Under the pieces are notes generated by a model. That model saw only the letters and a program-made list of their open reading frames with translations. It was not told the DNA's origin and searched no databases. This document shows, piece by piece, positions 7,334-18,711 of a stretch of 22,832 nucleotides of DNA. The translations under genes and the position numbers were made by a program. Source of the DNA: Candidatus Saccharimonadota bacterium (GTDB lineage: Bacteria > Pseudomonadota > Gammaproteobacteria > Enterobacterales > Enterobacteriaceae); the NCBI RefSeq assembly GCF_012571345.1, contig NZ_CP046218.1, positions 372,330 through 395,161 on the forward strand, in the 5' to 3' direction. How positions within the stretch are numbered: the stretch's first letter is position 1; each line of letters begins with the position of its first letter.

Positions 7334-9217
7334 TTATTTCAGTAATATTTTATTTATCATAATGAATAATAATATAATAATATTACCAGCATACATAAAA
7401 GATATATAATAACAAATATTACCATTTTGGTTTTTTAGTAATATATCACTAATTTTATATAAAACATTTATCGTTATATCAATATATTTCGTAATTGGAT
7501 CATTTTTTATATACAAAAGAATCTTCAAAAAATGATAGACTATAATTTTTTGATAGAACACATCTATATAACAACCATGTAAAAAAAATTTTTTTATAAA
7601 GTATATTTTTTTTATTAAATTATTTTTAGAATATTGATATATTTTTTGTTGATATTTACTATATAACATATATGACATAAAACCACTTAATATAATAATT
7701 AATGATATGAATTCTAATATATGATATGAAAAATCATTTTTTATAAAATTTTGTTGCGGATGAATAATATTTGTATTTAACGGCAAAAATATTTTACTAA
7801 TTCCAGTAGTTAGTATAGTTAATATAGTCAATGGAAAATAATATGTAAATGAATATTTTAATTTAGAATAATGTTTGATATGATTATTAGTATTATGGAA
7901 AATTATATAAAACATTCTAGTTGTATATAATGATGTTATAAAACTACCACATAAACCCAATATAGTCAAATAGAGATGATTATGTATATAAGCTTCGTAT
8001 AAAATTTTCTCTTTTGTAAAACCACTTAATGTTATTATAGGTATTGATGTTAATGATATACTACCCCATAAAAAAATATAGTATAAATGATATAAGTGTT
8101 TTTTTAAACCTTGCATATAAAATATATTTTGTTCATTACAACAAAACATAATAATAGATGCAGCGCATAAAAATAATAATGCTTTAAAAAAAGCATGTGC
8201 TATAATATGAAAGATAGCTGCATTCCACGAGCATATGCCTAATGCTAAAAACATATACCCTAATTGACTCATAGTAGAATAAGCTAATATATATTTAATA
8301 TTAGTTTGGACTAAAGCACAACAACCAGATAATAATAATGTTATTATGCCAATTATACTAATATATGTTAGTATACTATTAGAAAATATAAATATAATAT
8401 TATTACGTAATATTAAATATATTCCTGCAGTTACCATAGTTGCTGCATGAATTAAAGCAGATGCTGGTGTAGGTCCTGCCATAGCATTGATTAACCAAGT
8501 ATTTAAAGGATACTGAACAGACTTGCCTATCGCACCAATTAATAATGTTATAGCAATAAATTTTAAATGATATGTATTATAGTACATATATGATGATGTA
8601 ATTAACATAATAATTTTATGAAAATTAAAGGTTCGGAAAATATAAAAAATATACATCATACTAATCACTAAAAAAATATCACTAAATCTAGTAATTAAAA
8701 AAGTTTTAATTGCAGAGTATCCATTAGATTTATTACGATAAAAAAATCCTATTAATAAATAGGAACATATTCCTACTCCTTCCCAACCAAAAAACATTAT
8801 TAATAAATTATCCGCTAAAACTAATAATAACATACTAATCATAAATAAATTAGTGTAGATTAAAAATCTAACATATTCATTTTTTTTATATTGATATATA
8901 TACCATATAGAATATATATGTATTAATAATCCTACACCTAAAGTAACAAATAACATACTTATCGTTAACATATCTATATTTAAATTTAAATTAACATTTA
9001 AATAATCAATATTGATAATATTCCATAAATGCTGATTATATGTAATATAATGATGTTTTATAAAAGAATAACTATTAATTATGGTAATAATAAAACTTAA
9101 ACCAATAGATCCTGTACTAATTATTGCAATATATTTTTTACTTAAAAAATCAGCACAACAAAGTAATATTATAAAACTAATAATAGGAATTAAAATAATT
9201 AAATAAAGTAATTTCAT
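7334..9217 (-). CDS. nuoL: NADH:quinone oxidoreductase subunit L (antiporter-like, long lateral helix subunit)
   Basis: 627 aa. Conserved blocks include LADNLL.MFFGWEGVG.CSYLLIGF.Y, GPTP.SALIHAATMVTAG.YL, and QTNIK..LAYSTMSQLGYMF.ALG. The start ATG overlaps the nuoK stop (ATGA at 9214-9217). Confidence 0.95.
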   Translation of the reverse strand: MKLLYLIILIPIISFIILLCCADFLSKKYIAIISTGSIGLSFIITIINSYSFIKHHYITYNQHLWNIINIDYLNVNLNLNIDMLTISMLFVTLGVGLLIHIYSIWYIYQYKKNEYVRFLIYTNLFMISMLLLVLADNLLIMFFGWEGVGICSYLLIGFFYRNKSNGYSAIKTFLITRFSDIFLVISMMYIFYIFRTFNFHKIIMLITSSYMYYNTYHLKFIAITLLIGAIGKSVQYPLNTWLINAMAGPTPASALIHAATMVTAGIYLILRNNIIFIFSNSILTYISIIGIITLLLSGCCALVQTNIKYILAYSTMSQLGYMFLALGICSWNAAIFHIIAHAFFKALLFLCAASIIMFCCNEQNIFYMQGLKKHLYHLYYIFLWGSISLTSIPIITLSGFTKEKILYEAYIHNHLYLTILGLCGSFITSLYTTRMFYIIFHNTNNHIKHYSKLKYSFTYYFPLTILTILTTGISKIFLPLNTNIIHPQQNFIKNDFSYHILEFISLIIILSGFMSYMLYSKYQQKIYQYSKNNLIKKIYFIKKFFLHGCYIDVFYQKIIVYHFLKILLYIKNDPITKYIDITINVLYKISDILLKNQNGNICYYISFMYAGNIIILLFIMINKILLK

Positions 9218-9516
9218 CCATTTAACTCACTAATTGAATTAATATTCATTGTATGTTTACGATAATATAATAACATTAATAATGTTAATCCTATACAGCT
9301 TTCAATAGCAGAAATACTGATAGATAATATATACATTATTTCGCCTTCTATTTGTTGCCAATAATTACCTGCTATAATACATGTGAATGCGGCTATATTT
9401 AGCATAATTTCCGTTAAAATTAAAATATATAAAATATGCTGCCTAATAATTAAGCCAGTAAAACTAATTATAAATATAATGAGTAGTATTACTAATATAT
9501 AATATAAAGAGATCAT
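9214..9516 (-). CDS. nuoK: NADH:quinone oxidoreductase subunit K
   Basis: 100 aa, exactly the E. coli NuoK length. It is collinear: ...GL.IR...L..L...EIM.N.......AG.YW.Q..G..MYIL.IS..A.E..IGL.LL....R......I.S.SE..G. Confidence 0.94.
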   Translation of the reverse strand: MISLYYILVILLIIFIISFTGLIIRQHILYILILTEIMLNIAAFTCIIAGNYWQQIEGEIMYILSISISAIESCIGLTLLMLLYYRKHTMNINSISELNG

Positions 9517-9543
9517 ATGTTTTTTACGTATAAAATGATAACA

Positions 9544-10044
9544 TTATTTATTAAGATTATTACCTATATGATTAACAATTACAATGCCAGATAAAAGGAC
9601 TATTGAAATTAATTCGACAATAATATTATATTTGCTAAATAAATTAACACCAAGATGAGTTAAATCGTTAATATGATAAACTAAATATTTATTATTATAT
9701 TCTTGAAAAATTATAATACACAAACTCATTATAAATATTATAGCCATAAATAATAATAGACAAAGTAAATAAGGCTTTGTTAGTAATGTTTGTTTTTCAA
9801 ATACAATATTATTTTTATAATTACATAACATAATAATAAAAATAAATAATATGGCAATAGCACCAGTATAAATAATGATTTCTATTGAACCAATAAAAAA
9901 ATTACCTAAAACAAATAACATTCCAGCTATAGAAAATAATATAGCTAAAAAATACAATAATGTATTAATAGCATTCATGCTAAAAATAATAAATATAGTA
10001 AATAGAATTGGCATCATACTTAAAATATAAAAAAATATTTTCAT
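9544..10044 (-). CDS. nuoJ: NADH:quinone oxidoreductase subunit J
   Basis: 166 aa. The N-terminus MKIFFYI...AINTLLYF...LGNFFIGSIEIIIYTGAIAILFIFIIM parallels E. coli NuoJ MEFAFYI...PVHALLYL...LGAYFAGALEIIVYAGAIMVLFVFVVM. It sits between nuoK and nuoI as expected. Confidence 0.92.
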   Translation of the reverse strand: MKIFFYILSMMPILFTIFIIFSMNAINTLLYFLAILFSIAGMLFVLGNFFIGSIEIIIYTGAIAILFIFIIMLCNYKNNIVFEKQTLLTKPYLLCLLLFMAIIFIMSLCIIIFQEYNNKYLVYHINDLTHLGVNLFSKYNIIVELISIVLLSGIVIVNHIGNNLNK

Positions 10045-10071
10045 TATAAAACCTTTTTTATATTATATCTT

Positions 10072-10614
10072 TTATGGCAATAAACTTTTTACATCAATAA
10101 AATTATCTGGTATAATCTTTTTATTAGTTTTATTATGTATTTTGACACCAGATACACTGTAATAATCATAATCAGGATATTTGCCTACATTATTTATTAA
10201 TAAGTGCTTTTTTTGATATATTAATGTTTTTCGATCAAATTCACATAATTCAAAATCTGGAATTAATTGTATAGCTCCTGTAGGACAAGCTTCTTCACAA
10301 AAACCACAAAAAATACATCTAGATAGATTAATATTAAAAAATTTTGGATAAGATCTGTTTGTAATAGGATTAATAGCTCTTTTTAAAGATATACAACCTA
10401 CAGGACAAACAACTGCACATAAATTACATGCTACACAACGTTCATTATTATTTTTATCACAAGTTAATATTATTCTACCTCTATATCGAGGTGATAAATA
10501 TACTTTTTGTTCAGGATACATTATAGTTTCTCTCTTTTTAAAGAGATTATTAAAAACTATCAAAATACTATTTAATTGACTCCAAATATTTATAAAAAAT
10601 TTTTTTATCTTCAT
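10072..10614 (-). CDS. nuoI: NADH:quinone oxidoreductase subunit I (2x[4Fe-4S] ferredoxin-type)
   Basis: 180 aa, the same length as E. coli NuoI. Both cluster motifs are intact: CVACNLCAVVCPVGCI and CIFCGFCEEACPTGAI. Flanking blocks RETIMYPE..VYLSPRYRGRI and the C-terminal IDVKSLLP are conserved. Confidence 0.97.
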   Translation of the reverse strand: MKIKKFFINIWSQLNSILIVFNNLFKKRETIMYPEQKVYLSPRYRGRIILTCDKNNNERCVACNLCAVVCPVGCISLKRAINPITNRSYPKFFNINLSRCIFCGFCEEACPTGAIQLIPDFELCEFDRKTLIYQKKHLLINNVGKYPDYDYYSVSGVKIHNKTNKKIIPDNFIDVKSLLP

Positions 10615-10643
10615 AAATTTTTATGCTTGTAAAATAACTTGTT

Positions 10644-11612
10644 TTATATGAATATAACACATGCAGTTATCATAAGATTAATTAATGTTATAGGCAAACA
10701 GATAAACCAACCAAAAAACATCATTTGATCATAACGAGGTCGTGGTAATGATGCACGTATTAAAAAAAATAATATAATAAAACATATGGTTTTTAATAAA
10801 TACCATATTATACCTGGTAAAATAGGTCCTAACCATCCTCCAAAAAATAAAATTACTATTAAAGAAGATAAAACTATAATATTAATATATTCACCAACAA
10901 AAAATAATCCAAATTTCATACCAGAATATTCAATATGATATCCATCAGCTAATTCTTGTTCTGATTCCGGTTGATCAAAAGGATGCCTATGATTTAATGC
11001 TAAACTTGATATAAAAAAAGTTATAAAGCCTAAACATTGAGGTATAATATTCCAACAATGTTGTTGATATAATACTATATTATATAAGTCAAATGAACCT
11101 GTTTGACAGACAATACCCATTAAAGATAATCCTAAAAATACTTCATAACTTAAAACTTGTGCTATTCCTCTAATAGATCCTAGCAAAGCATATTTGTTAT
11201 TACTAGATAATCCTGCAAATAATATAGCATAAATAGAAATACTAGCCATCATTAAAAAAAATAAGATTCCTATATTTAAAGGATATATAATTATTTTTTT
11301 CGTTAAAGGCAATATAGCAAATATTGTTAAAATTACATTAAAAGTGATTAATGGGGCAATATTAAATAATATTTTATTAGTAACAAATTTAGGTACCCAA
11401 TCTTCTTTAAATAAAATTTTAATCATATCTGCAAATACTTGTAAACTTCCTTGCCAGCCTACTCTATTAGGACCATAACGATTTTGGAAACATGCTAAAA
11501 TACGTCTTTCTATAAAACTAAGAAAAGCGCCACTAACTAGTAATATTACTAATATTAATAATGTTTTTAAGAAAGTTATATTTTGTATTATGTATAAACT
11601 ATTATTTTTCAT
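10644..11612 (-). CDS. nuoH: NADH:quinone oxidoreductase subunit H
   Basis: 322 aa. Blocks [36 protein letters not shown] and E.E.ELADGYH.EYSGMKF..FF.GEY match NuoH. The start overlaps the nuoG stop (ATGA at 11609-11612). Confidence 0.96.
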   Translation of the reverse strand: MKNNSLYIIQNITFLKTLLILVILLVSGAFLSFIERRILACFQNRYGPNRVGWQGSLQVFADMIKILFKEDWVPKFVTNKILFNIAPLITFNVILTIFAILPLTKKIIIYPLNIGILFFLMMASISIYAILFAGLSSNNKYALLGSIRGIAQVLSYEVFLGLSLMGIVCQTGSFDLYNIVLYQQHCWNIIPQCLGFITFFISSLALNHRHPFDQPESEQELADGYHIEYSGMKFGLFFVGEYINIIVLSSLIVILFFGGWLGPILPGIIWYLLKTICFIILFFLIRASLPRPRYDQMMFFGWFICLPITLINLMITACVIFI

Positions 11613-14311
11613 TGTCTTAATATCCTGATATGATCAATAGTTTTATATAAAAAACATAAAGGTATTGTTGGTATTCCTAATGGTAAACTAATTAAACCAG
11701 GATGTAACTTATCTGAAATTTTAACATTTAAAATAAAATAATTATTCAAGCAATATAATTCAATTATATTATTATCATGGATGTTTAAAAAGGCAGCATC
11801 TTTACGACTAAAAATAGCATAATGTATATTATGATGTTTTTGTATTAATAATGATTTTTGTATTAAGTCATTACTAAAAAATAAAGTACAATATGTAACA
11901 ATTATTAATTTATGTTGTGGAATAAACTTTTTAGGTATTTGAATAGATTGTATATGTATATTTAAATTATTAATGTTAATTTTTTGTTTTACTAATGCTT
12001 TATCCTGAATATTATCTATATGTTTGTGTAATTTATATAGCGATTGTATAGAGTTCCAACCAGGCAACCATGTATATGCCATGTGGAGACAATGTTCCGA
12101 GCTATTACCTTCCATAGAAAAATTAAACATAGTATCCGTATCATTTGGTTGTATAGGTTCATGAATATTTTTATGTGCTAACATAGAAGTTCTACCACTA
12201 TATCTTATTAGTGATCTCGCAAATTTATTATCATATTTTCTATAATTTGATGCAGGAGCAGCATATTTAATATTGTATAATACAGGGATAGATGATATAC
12301 ATTGATTTATTATGTCATCTAAAATTATTTTTTTAGATATATTATGTATTATATTATTAATACAAGATAACCATTTCCAACTAGCTTGTCTTTGATTATT
12401 AATATTATAATAAGTTGGTTTATATACTTGGAAAAATCTTTGTGCTCTACATTCATTATTAATAACTGTACCACTACTTTCTATAAAATTTGTTACAGGC
12501 AACATTATGGTAGCTTTTTTTGTAGTACTGTTATAAACATGATCTAATACAACTATATTAGGTATATTCTTTAAAAATTGATCTATTTTAGCTTTTTCTT
12601 CATAAAAATATAAATCGTTTTCCATAATAATCATTGTATCTATTGGATATGTTATTTGAAAAATATTTTCTAATGGTTGTCCTTGTATTAAATTTATACC
12701 CATACTGTTTACTGTATATAAAGTCATAAAAAAACCTACATGTAAGTTTTTTTTATATAAAGTTTGTAATAATAAATATGTTGCATGTAATAATTCAATA
12801 TTGCTTGTATTAGTTCCTGTAATAAATAAACATTTTTTAGCATTTAATAATATAGATGTTATAGCAATAATTTTGTTATATATTGTTTTATCAGTAATAT
12901 GTTGATCAAATCTTTTATGATTTATATAAAATAATAATGCATGTATAAATCTTGCTTGATTTTCTAATGGAGCATAATAATTCCATGTAGCAATATCGTC
13001 TAAATGCGTATGATCTATATTAGTAATAATTAAAGGATTGTGTTTATCTGAAGATACATTTTTTAGCGCATTACTATGCCAAGAAGGAATTTTAGTTGCT
13101 AAATTTTTATAGCTATTTTGGATGGCTTGTCTTACTGATAATGCTACACGAGGATTAGTTACACTAATATCTTCTCCAATAATCATGATAGTATCATATG
13201 TTTCTATCTCAGATAATGTAGGAAAAAAAATATTTTTATTTTTTAAAATATTAATATAATAATTTATTTGTTGTTGTTCATGTAATAATATTCCTGTAAA
13301 AAAATTATGTTCTCCAACTAATTTTTTTAATGTGAAATTACTTTCAATACTAGCTCTAGGAGACCCCACACCAATTATTTTTTTAGATTTCATAATAATA
13401 TTTGCTATATTATTCATTATAATGTTATTATCACAAATAACATTATTTTTATTATTATTCATAATAATATTTGTAGGTCGATTTACTAAATTTATATAAC
13501 CATAACCAAAACGTCCTTTATCACATAAAAAATAATGATTGATATATTTATTATATCTATTTTGTATATTTGCTAAAAAACTATAACGTTCACCAATATG
13601 TAAATTACATCCTAAAGAACAATGCTGACAAATACTAGGAGCATATTGCAAATCCCATTTACGTGCATAATGTTTTGCATAAGTTTTATCAGTAAAAACA
13701 CCTGTAGGACATACTTCTAGTAAATTACCTGAAAAAAAATTTTTTAATACTCCATCTTTAAATCTGCCAAAATAAATATTATTATTAGCACCAAAAACAT
13801 TTAAATCAGTACCATGTGCATAATCTTTATAAAAGCGTGTACAACGATAACATTTAATACAACGATTCATATTATGTGCTATAAAAGGTCCTAAATACTG
13901 ATTTTTGTATGTTTTTTTTTCAAATATGTATCTTCGTTTGATATGATTAGACATTACTGTCATGTCCTGTAAATGGCAACTACCTCCTTCATCACAAACT
14001 GGACAATCATGAGGATGATTAATCATCATAAATTCAATTATACTTTTACGAAATTGTTTAACTTCAATATCATTGATAAAAAAACAAGATCCTTCGATAG
14101 GGACGGTCATACAAGACATTATAATATGTCCTGTTTTATCATATATATTATCATGTTGTTTAATTGCACATTGTCTACATGTACCCACACTACCTAAACG
14201 TGGATGCCAACAAAAATATGGTACGTTATATCCAAGAGATAAACATATTTCTAATAAATTATCTTTTTTATTAACGTTATAACATTTACCTTCTATATTA
14301 ATAGTAACCAT
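11609..14311 (-). CDS. nuoG: NADH:quinone oxidoreductase subunit G (multi Fe-S, molybdopterin-oxidoreductase-like fold)
   Basis: 900 aa versus about 908 in E. coli. Cluster ligand sets are all readable. 2Fe-2S: [10 protein letters not shown]...SCM. His-ligated 4Fe-4S: [15 protein letters not shown] further 4Fe-4S: CIKCYRC...CPTG. The enterobacterial extra cluster: CQHCSLGC...CDKGRFGY. Downstream blocks are conserved: [44 protein letters not shown]. Confidence 0.96.
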   Translation of the reverse strand: MVTINIEGKCYNVNKKDNLLEICLSLGYNVPYFCWHPRLGSVGTCRQCAIKQHDNIYDKTGHIIMSCMTVPIEGSCFFINDIEVKQFRKSIIEFMMINHPHDCPVCDEGGSCHLQDMTVMSNHIKRRYIFEKKTYKNQYLGPFIAHNMNRCIKCYRCTRFYKDYAHGTDLNVFGANNNIYFGRFKDGVLKNFFSGNLLEVCPTGVFTDKTYAKHYARKWDLQYAPSICQHCSLGCNLHIGERYSFLANIQNRYNKYINHYFLCDKGRFGYGYINLVNRPTNIIMNNNKNNVICDNNIIMNNIANIIMKSKKIIGVGSPRASIESNFTLKKLVGEHNFFTGILLHEQQQINYYINILKNKNIFFPTLSEIETYDTIMIIGEDISVTNPRVALSVRQAIQNSYKNLATKIPSWHSNALKNVSSDKHNPLIITNIDHTHLDDIATWNYYAPLENQARFIHALLFYINHKRFDQHITDKTIYNKIIAITSILLNAKKCLFITGTNTSNIELLHATYLLLQTLYKKNLHVGFFMTLYTVNSMGINLIQGQPLENIFQITYPIDTMIIMENDLYFYEEKAKIDQFLKNIPNIVVLDHVYNSTTKKATIMLPVTNFIESSGTVINNECRAQRFFQVYKPTYYNINNQRQASWKWLSCINNIIHNISKKIILDDIINQCISSIPVLYNIKYAAPASNYRKYDNKFARSLIRYSGRTSMLAHKNIHEPIQPNDTDTMFNFSMEGNSSEHCLHMAYTWLPGWNSIQSLYKLHKHIDNIQDKALVKQKININNLNIHIQSIQIPKKFIPQHKLIIVTYCTLFFSNDLIQKSLLIQKHHNIHYAIFSRKDAAFLNIHDNNIIELYCLNNYFILNVKISDKLHPGLISLPLGIPTIPLCFLYKTIDHIRILRQ

Positions 14312-14396
14312 AAAACATATATTCCATCATTTTAAATTATTCATTATTAATTTAATTTACATTTACATTAATTATTTTATATACTATCTTTTAATT

Positions 14397-15689
14397 TTAT
14401 TTTAATATTCCTTCGTTAAATTCATTTAAAAAATATTTTAGTGCACTTTGTAATGGGGCAATAGCGCCAGGAGCAAAAGTACAAAAAGTTTTACCATTAA
14501 TTAATTGATTACTAATATCTTGTAATAATATTACATCTTTTGTAGAACCTTGTTTTTTTTCCAAAACATTTAATATTTTAACAATCCATGGTAATCCTTC
14601 TCTACACGGAGTACATAATCCACAAGATTCTCTAGCAAAAAAAATTTCTATATTTTTTAATAAAGATACCATATTAATATGGTGATCTACTAACATAGCA
14701 ATACCTGTACCTAATCTGCTGCCAGCATTACTTATATGTTTGTAATCCATGGGCGTATTTAAATGTTCTGGAGTTAAAAATGCTGTACCAGCACCTCCTG
14801 GTTGCCAGGCTTTAAATTTATAACCTTTTTTTATTCCTTTAGCATACTGTTCAAAAACAATATTTGCAGGTGTTCCTAATGGCAATTCCCATAATCCAGG
14901 ATTATTCACATTGCCAGAAAAACCTAATAACTTAGTACCACTATCATATTTACTTTTTGATATATCTTTATACCATTTTGCTCCGTACAAAATAATTCCA
15001 TTAATATTACAAATAGTTTCTACATTATTAACACAGGTAGGTTTACCCCATAAACCTATTGTTGCTGGATAAGGTGGTTTAAATCTAGGATTTGCGCGTT
15101 TCCCTTCTAATGAATTAATTAATGCTGTTTCTTCTCCACAAATATATCTTCCAGCTCCTGTATGTAAAATTAATTTAAAATTAAAATTAGTTTTACATAT
15201 ATTATTGCCTAATATACCAAAATCACGTGCTTCTTGCAGAGCAATAGTCAAAATATGTGCACATTTAATATATTCACCTCTTAAAAAGATATATCCTATA
15301 TTAGCTTGTATAGCATATGCACTAATAATTATTCCTTCAATTAATTGGTGTGGTAAAGTTTCTATTAAAAAACGATCTTTATATGTACCAGGTTCCATTT
15401 CATCTGCATTACATATAAAATAACGATTATCATATGGACTATTTTTTTTCGGTATTAAACTCCATTTAACGCCAGTTGAATATCCACCACCACCTCGACC
15501 TTTTAATCCAGATAATATTATTAATTGAATAATCTCTTCAGGGGTCATAGTTGTTAATGCTTTTGTACAAGCTTTATAACCATCTTGTTGTATATATTTT
15601 TTTAAAAAAATGGTTTGCTGTGTATTTTTAATACGCCATGTTAATGGATAATTTTCCGGATTATAATTATTCATATTAGTATTATTCAT
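14397..15689 (-). CDS. nuoF: NADH:quinone oxidoreductase subunit F (NADH/FMN-binding, 4Fe-4S)
   Basis: The track frame 14397..15752 is trimmed. E. coli NuoF begins about 11 residues before HPLTWRL, and here YPLTWRI is preceded by MNNTNMNNYNPEN. The ATG at 15689 overlaps the nuoE stop by 8 nt (ATGAATAA). The alternative ATG at 15674 sits 7 nt past the stop. Motifs are intact: GLKGRGGGGYSTGVKWS (FMN), CNADEMEPGTYKDR, ESCGLCTPCREG plus TFCTFAPGA (4Fe-4S ligands). Confidence 0.93.
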   Translation of the reverse strand: MNNTNMNNYNPENYPLTWRIKNTQQTIFLKKYIQQDGYKACTKALTTMTPEEIIQLIILSGLKGRGGGGYSTGVKWSLIPKKNSPYDNRYFICNADEMEPGTYKDRFLIETLPHQLIEGIIISAYAIQANIGYIFLRGEYIKCAHILTIALQEARDFGILGNNICKTNFNFKLILHTGAGRYICGEETALINSLEGKRANPRFKPPYPATIGLWGKPTCVNNVETICNINGIILYGAKWYKDISKSKYDSGTKLLGFSGNVNNPGLWELPLGTPANIVFEQYAKGIKKGYKFKAWQPGGAGTAFLTPEHLNTPMDYKHISNAGSRLGTGIAMLVDHHINMVSLLKNIEIFFARESCGLCTPCREGLPWIVKILNVLEKKQGSTKDVILLQDISNQLINGKTFCTFAPGAIAPLQSALKYFLNEFNEGILK

Positions 15690-16182
15690 ACATATATTTA
15701 TCCAATATAATATTAATACTTTTAATTGTAATATTAGTATAGACACATTCATTAATCATAATAACAGGACTATTATTACAATGTCCTAAACAACATATAG
15801 GTAACAAAGTAAATCTATTATCTATAGAAGTTTGACCTATATTAATATGTAATTTTTTTTTTATATGTTGTAATATTGGTTTATAATTTTTAATATAACA
15901 TACAACACTATCACAATATTTAATAACATACTTACCAACAGGATATCTAAATATTTGGCTATAAAAAGTAGCAATGCTTTCTATTTCAGAAATATCTAAT
16001 TTTAATATGTGTGCAATAATATTCATATTGTGTTCAGAAACCCAACCATATTTTTTTTGGCATAATATTAATATTTCAATAATAGCAGCTTTACGACATT
16101 CATAATTTTTAATAATATTATTAATTATCTTAATATCTTGATTATTTAATAAGTTTTTTATATTTGTTTTATTTGTATTCAT
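15682..16182 (-). CDS. nuoE: NADH:quinone oxidoreductase subunit E (2Fe-2S)
   Basis: 166 aa, the same length as E. coli NuoE. Blocks ATFYSQIFR.PVGK.VI.YCDSVVC and FTLLP.CCLG.C match, and all four 2Fe-2S cysteines are present. Confidence 0.95.
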   Translation of the reverse strand: MNTNKTNIKNLLNNQDIKIINNIIKNYECRKAAIIEILILCQKKYGWVSEHNMNIIAHILKLDISEIESIATFYSQIFRYPVGKYVIKYCDSVVCYIKNYKPILQHIKKKLHINIGQTSIDNRFTLLPICCLGHCNNSPVIMINECVYTNITIKSINIILDKYMYE

Positions 16183-16191
16183 AATTATATA

Positions 16192-18003
16192 TTAACGATC
16201 TACATCAGACATAACAAAATCAATACTCCCTAAATAAGTAATTAAATCTGATATTAAACTACCATTAATAACATTAGGTATTTGTTGTAAATGAGGAAAA
16301 CTAGGTGTTCTAATTCGTGTACGATAACTAGTAGTATTATTATCACTAATTAAATAATAACTATTAATTCCTTTAGTAGCTTCAATCATCTGAATAGCTT
16401 CATTGGCTGGTATTAATGGTCCCCAAGATACTTGTATAAAATGATTAATTAAATTTTCTATATTATATAACATGTTTTTACGCATTGGTGGCGTTGTTAA
16501 AGGATGTTCAACTTTATAAGGGCCTTCAGGCATATAATTCAAACATTGTGTTAAAATACGTAAACTTTGCCATATTTCTTCTACTTTTAATAAAACTCTT
16601 GAATAACAATCACTAACATGTCCGATAGGTACATCAAAATCAAAATTTTCATATCCAGAATATGGACGTTGTTTCCTAATATCGAAATTGATACCAGTAG
16701 CTCTTAATCCAGCACCAGTCACTCCCCAAGAAATTGCTTCTTTTTTATGATATACAGCAATATTTTTAGATCGAGAGATTAAAATACTATTTTTTAAAGC
16801 AACGTCTTGATATATTTTAATTCTTTTAGGTAACCAAATTAATAATTTCTTTAATAAAATATTCCACCCTTTAGGTAAATCATTAGCTAAACCACCTATT
16901 CTAAACCATGCAGGATGCATTCTGGCTCCTGTAATTGCTTCTATAATATCATATATTTTTTGTCTATCAGTAAATGCTAAAAAAATAGGTGTCATCGCTC
17001 CTACATCTTGTATAAAAGTAGATAAATATAACAAATGACTATTAATACGAAACAATTCAGATAACATTATTCTAATAACTTGTATTCTAGTTGTAACAGT
17101 AATATTAGCTAATTTCTCTACTGCTAGAATATACGCCATTTCGTTGACACAGCCACCTAAATACTCAATTCTATCTGTATATGGGATGTAAGTATGCCAT
17201 GTTTGTCTTTCTGCAATTTTTTCAGCACCTCGATGATGATATCCTATATCAGGAATACAATTAATAATTTTTTCTCCAGATAATTGTAATATAATTCTAA
17301 AAACACCATGCACTGAAGGATGATTAGGACCTAAATTTAAAAACATATAATCATAATTATTATTTTTAATAGATAAACCCCATTCATGAGGATCAAATTG
17401 TGTATTTTGGATATTTATAGCATGTTGTTCTTTAGTGAAGTTATGAATATTTTTCTCTGTAGCTCTACTAGGATATTCTTTACGTAAAGGATATCCATCA
17501 TTCCAGTTATTAGGTAATAAAAGATGTTTTAAATTAGGATGATGCATAAAATATATTCCAAACATTTCCCAAATTTCTCTTTCATACCAGTTTGCATTGC
17601 AGAAATAAGATGTAATTGTATGTATATATAGTTTTTTTTGTTTTAAAGGTACTTTTAACAGTATATCAGCATTTCTTTCTATAGAAATAAAATGATAAAA
17701 TAAAGAAAAATCCATTTTTTTTGTAAAAGATATACAAAATTTATTTTTATGTAATCTTTCATCAATACCATGCATATCATATAACATATTATATGGATGA
17801 TATATTTTACATAAAATTTTTATAAAATCAATTATTTGTTTTGGTTTTATCCAAATAGATAATGGTATATGATTATCATGTTGTATTATAAAGTTATTAG
17901 GGCCTAAATTATTTGTTAATATATGTATAATAAATTGTGTATTTTTATCTTTAATATTTTTATTTAAATTGAAGTTGTGTTGTAAAACAGTAGTATCACA
18001 CAT
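16192..18003 (-). CDS. nuoC: NADH:quinone oxidoreductase fused subunit C/D
   Basis: 603 aa in a single frame containing both the NuoC-like half (ANWYERE.WEMFGI.F..HPNL) and the NuoD-like half ([34 protein letters not shown], ending [12 protein letters not shown]). This fused architecture is typical of E. coli and its relatives. Confidence 0.96.
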   Translation of the reverse strand: MCDTTVLQHNFNLNKNIKDKNTQFIIHILTNNLGPNNFIIQHDNHIPLSIWIKPKQIIDFIKILCKIYHPYNMLYDMHGIDERLHKNKFCISFTKKMDFSLFYHFISIERNADILLKVPLKQKKLYIHTITSYFCNANWYEREIWEMFGIYFMHHPNLKHLLLPNNWNDGYPLRKEYPSRATEKNIHNFTKEQHAINIQNTQFDPHEWGLSIKNNNYDYMFLNLGPNHPSVHGVFRIILQLSGEKIINCIPDIGYHHRGAEKIAERQTWHTYIPYTDRIEYLGGCVNEMAYILAVEKLANITVTTRIQVIRIMLSELFRINSHLLYLSTFIQDVGAMTPIFLAFTDRQKIYDIIEAITGARMHPAWFRIGGLANDLPKGWNILLKKLLIWLPKRIKIYQDVALKNSILISRSKNIAVYHKKEAISWGVTGAGLRATGINFDIRKQRPYSGYENFDFDVPIGHVSDCYSRVLLKVEEIWQSLRILTQCLNYMPEGPYKVEHPLTTPPMRKNMLYNIENLINHFIQVSWGPLIPANEAIQMIEATKGINSYYLISDNNTTSYRTRIRTPSFPHLQQIPNVINGSLISDLITYLGSIDFVMSDVDR

Positions 18004-18054
18004 ACATAAAACATCTCTGTTGTTATTTATTACGAATTATAATTTTGAATAATG

Positions 18055-18705
18055 TTAAATTTCATTTATTGAACGAAATTTTATATTTTTTATATTATTA
18101 ATATTAGATGTTTTTATTTTGTTTTTATAAATTTTTTGATCACCAATTATCCATGATAATGGTCGTTTTTCAGAACTAATAGCTTTTTGTAATAATAATA
18201 AAGCCTGAATATATGCTTCAGGTCTTGGTGGACATCCTGGTATATAAACATCTACAGGTAAAAATTTATCTACACCTTGCACAACAGAATATATATCATA
18301 CATACCTCCTGAATTAGCACATGAACCCATTGAAATAACCCATTTTGGTTCTAACATTTGATCATATAATCTTTGTATAATAGGTACCATTTTTAAAAAA
18401 CAAGTACCAGCTATAACTATAAAATCAGCTTGTCTTGGAGAAGTACGAAAAACTTCTGAACCAAAACGCGCAATATCATTAATAGAAGTAAAGGAAGTAG
18501 TCATTTCTACATAACAACAAGATAAGCCAAAATTATATGGCCATAAAGAATTTTTTCTTCCCCAATTAATAATATTATGAGTAATTTCACTTAATTTACC
18601 CAGAAATATGTTATTATTAACTGTTTCTTTTTGAAAATTATCATTTTTATTTTTTTGTTGTATAAAATACTGATCATTATTAATACTTTTCAAGTTGTTA
18701 CCCAT
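18055..18705 (-). CDS. nuoB: NADH:quinone oxidoreductase subunit B (cluster N2)
   Basis: 216 aa. [93 protein letters not shown] is nearly identical to E. coli NuoB. The start lies only 6 nt after the nuoA stop. Confidence 0.97.
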   Translation of the reverse strand: MGNNLKSINNDQYFIQQKNKNDNFQKETVNNNIFLGKLSEITHNIINWGRKNSLWPYNFGLSCCYVEMTTSFTSINDIARFGSEVFRTSPRQADFIVIAGTCFLKMVPIIQRLYDQMLEPKWVISMGSCANSGGMYDIYSVVQGVDKFLPVDVYIPGCPPRPEAYIQALLLLQKAISSEKRPLSWIIGDQKIYKNKIKTSNINNIKNIKFRSINEI

Positions 18706-18711
18706 AACATT

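Noticed and set aside
13973-14282. Two overlapping + strand ORFs (74 aa and 69 aa)
   Set aside because: They are antisense to the highly conserved Fe-S N-terminal domain of nuoG and have no independent support.
14357-14368. Tandem ATGTAAATGTAA (mRNA sense) in the 85-nt nuoF-nuoG spacer
   Set aside because: These are two start-stop mini-cistrons produced by a 6-nt tandem repeat. There is no evidence of function and this is probably simple-sequence noise. No hairpin or other structure was found in that spacer.
15205-15423. 72-aa + strand ORF
   Set aside because: Antisense to nuoF. Shadow ORF.
15690-15752. 21-codon N-terminal extension of the nuoF ORF
   Set aside because: It overlaps the 3' end of nuoE in another frame and has no homology to NuoF. 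Internal ATGs at 15689 or 15674 match the expected N-terminus.
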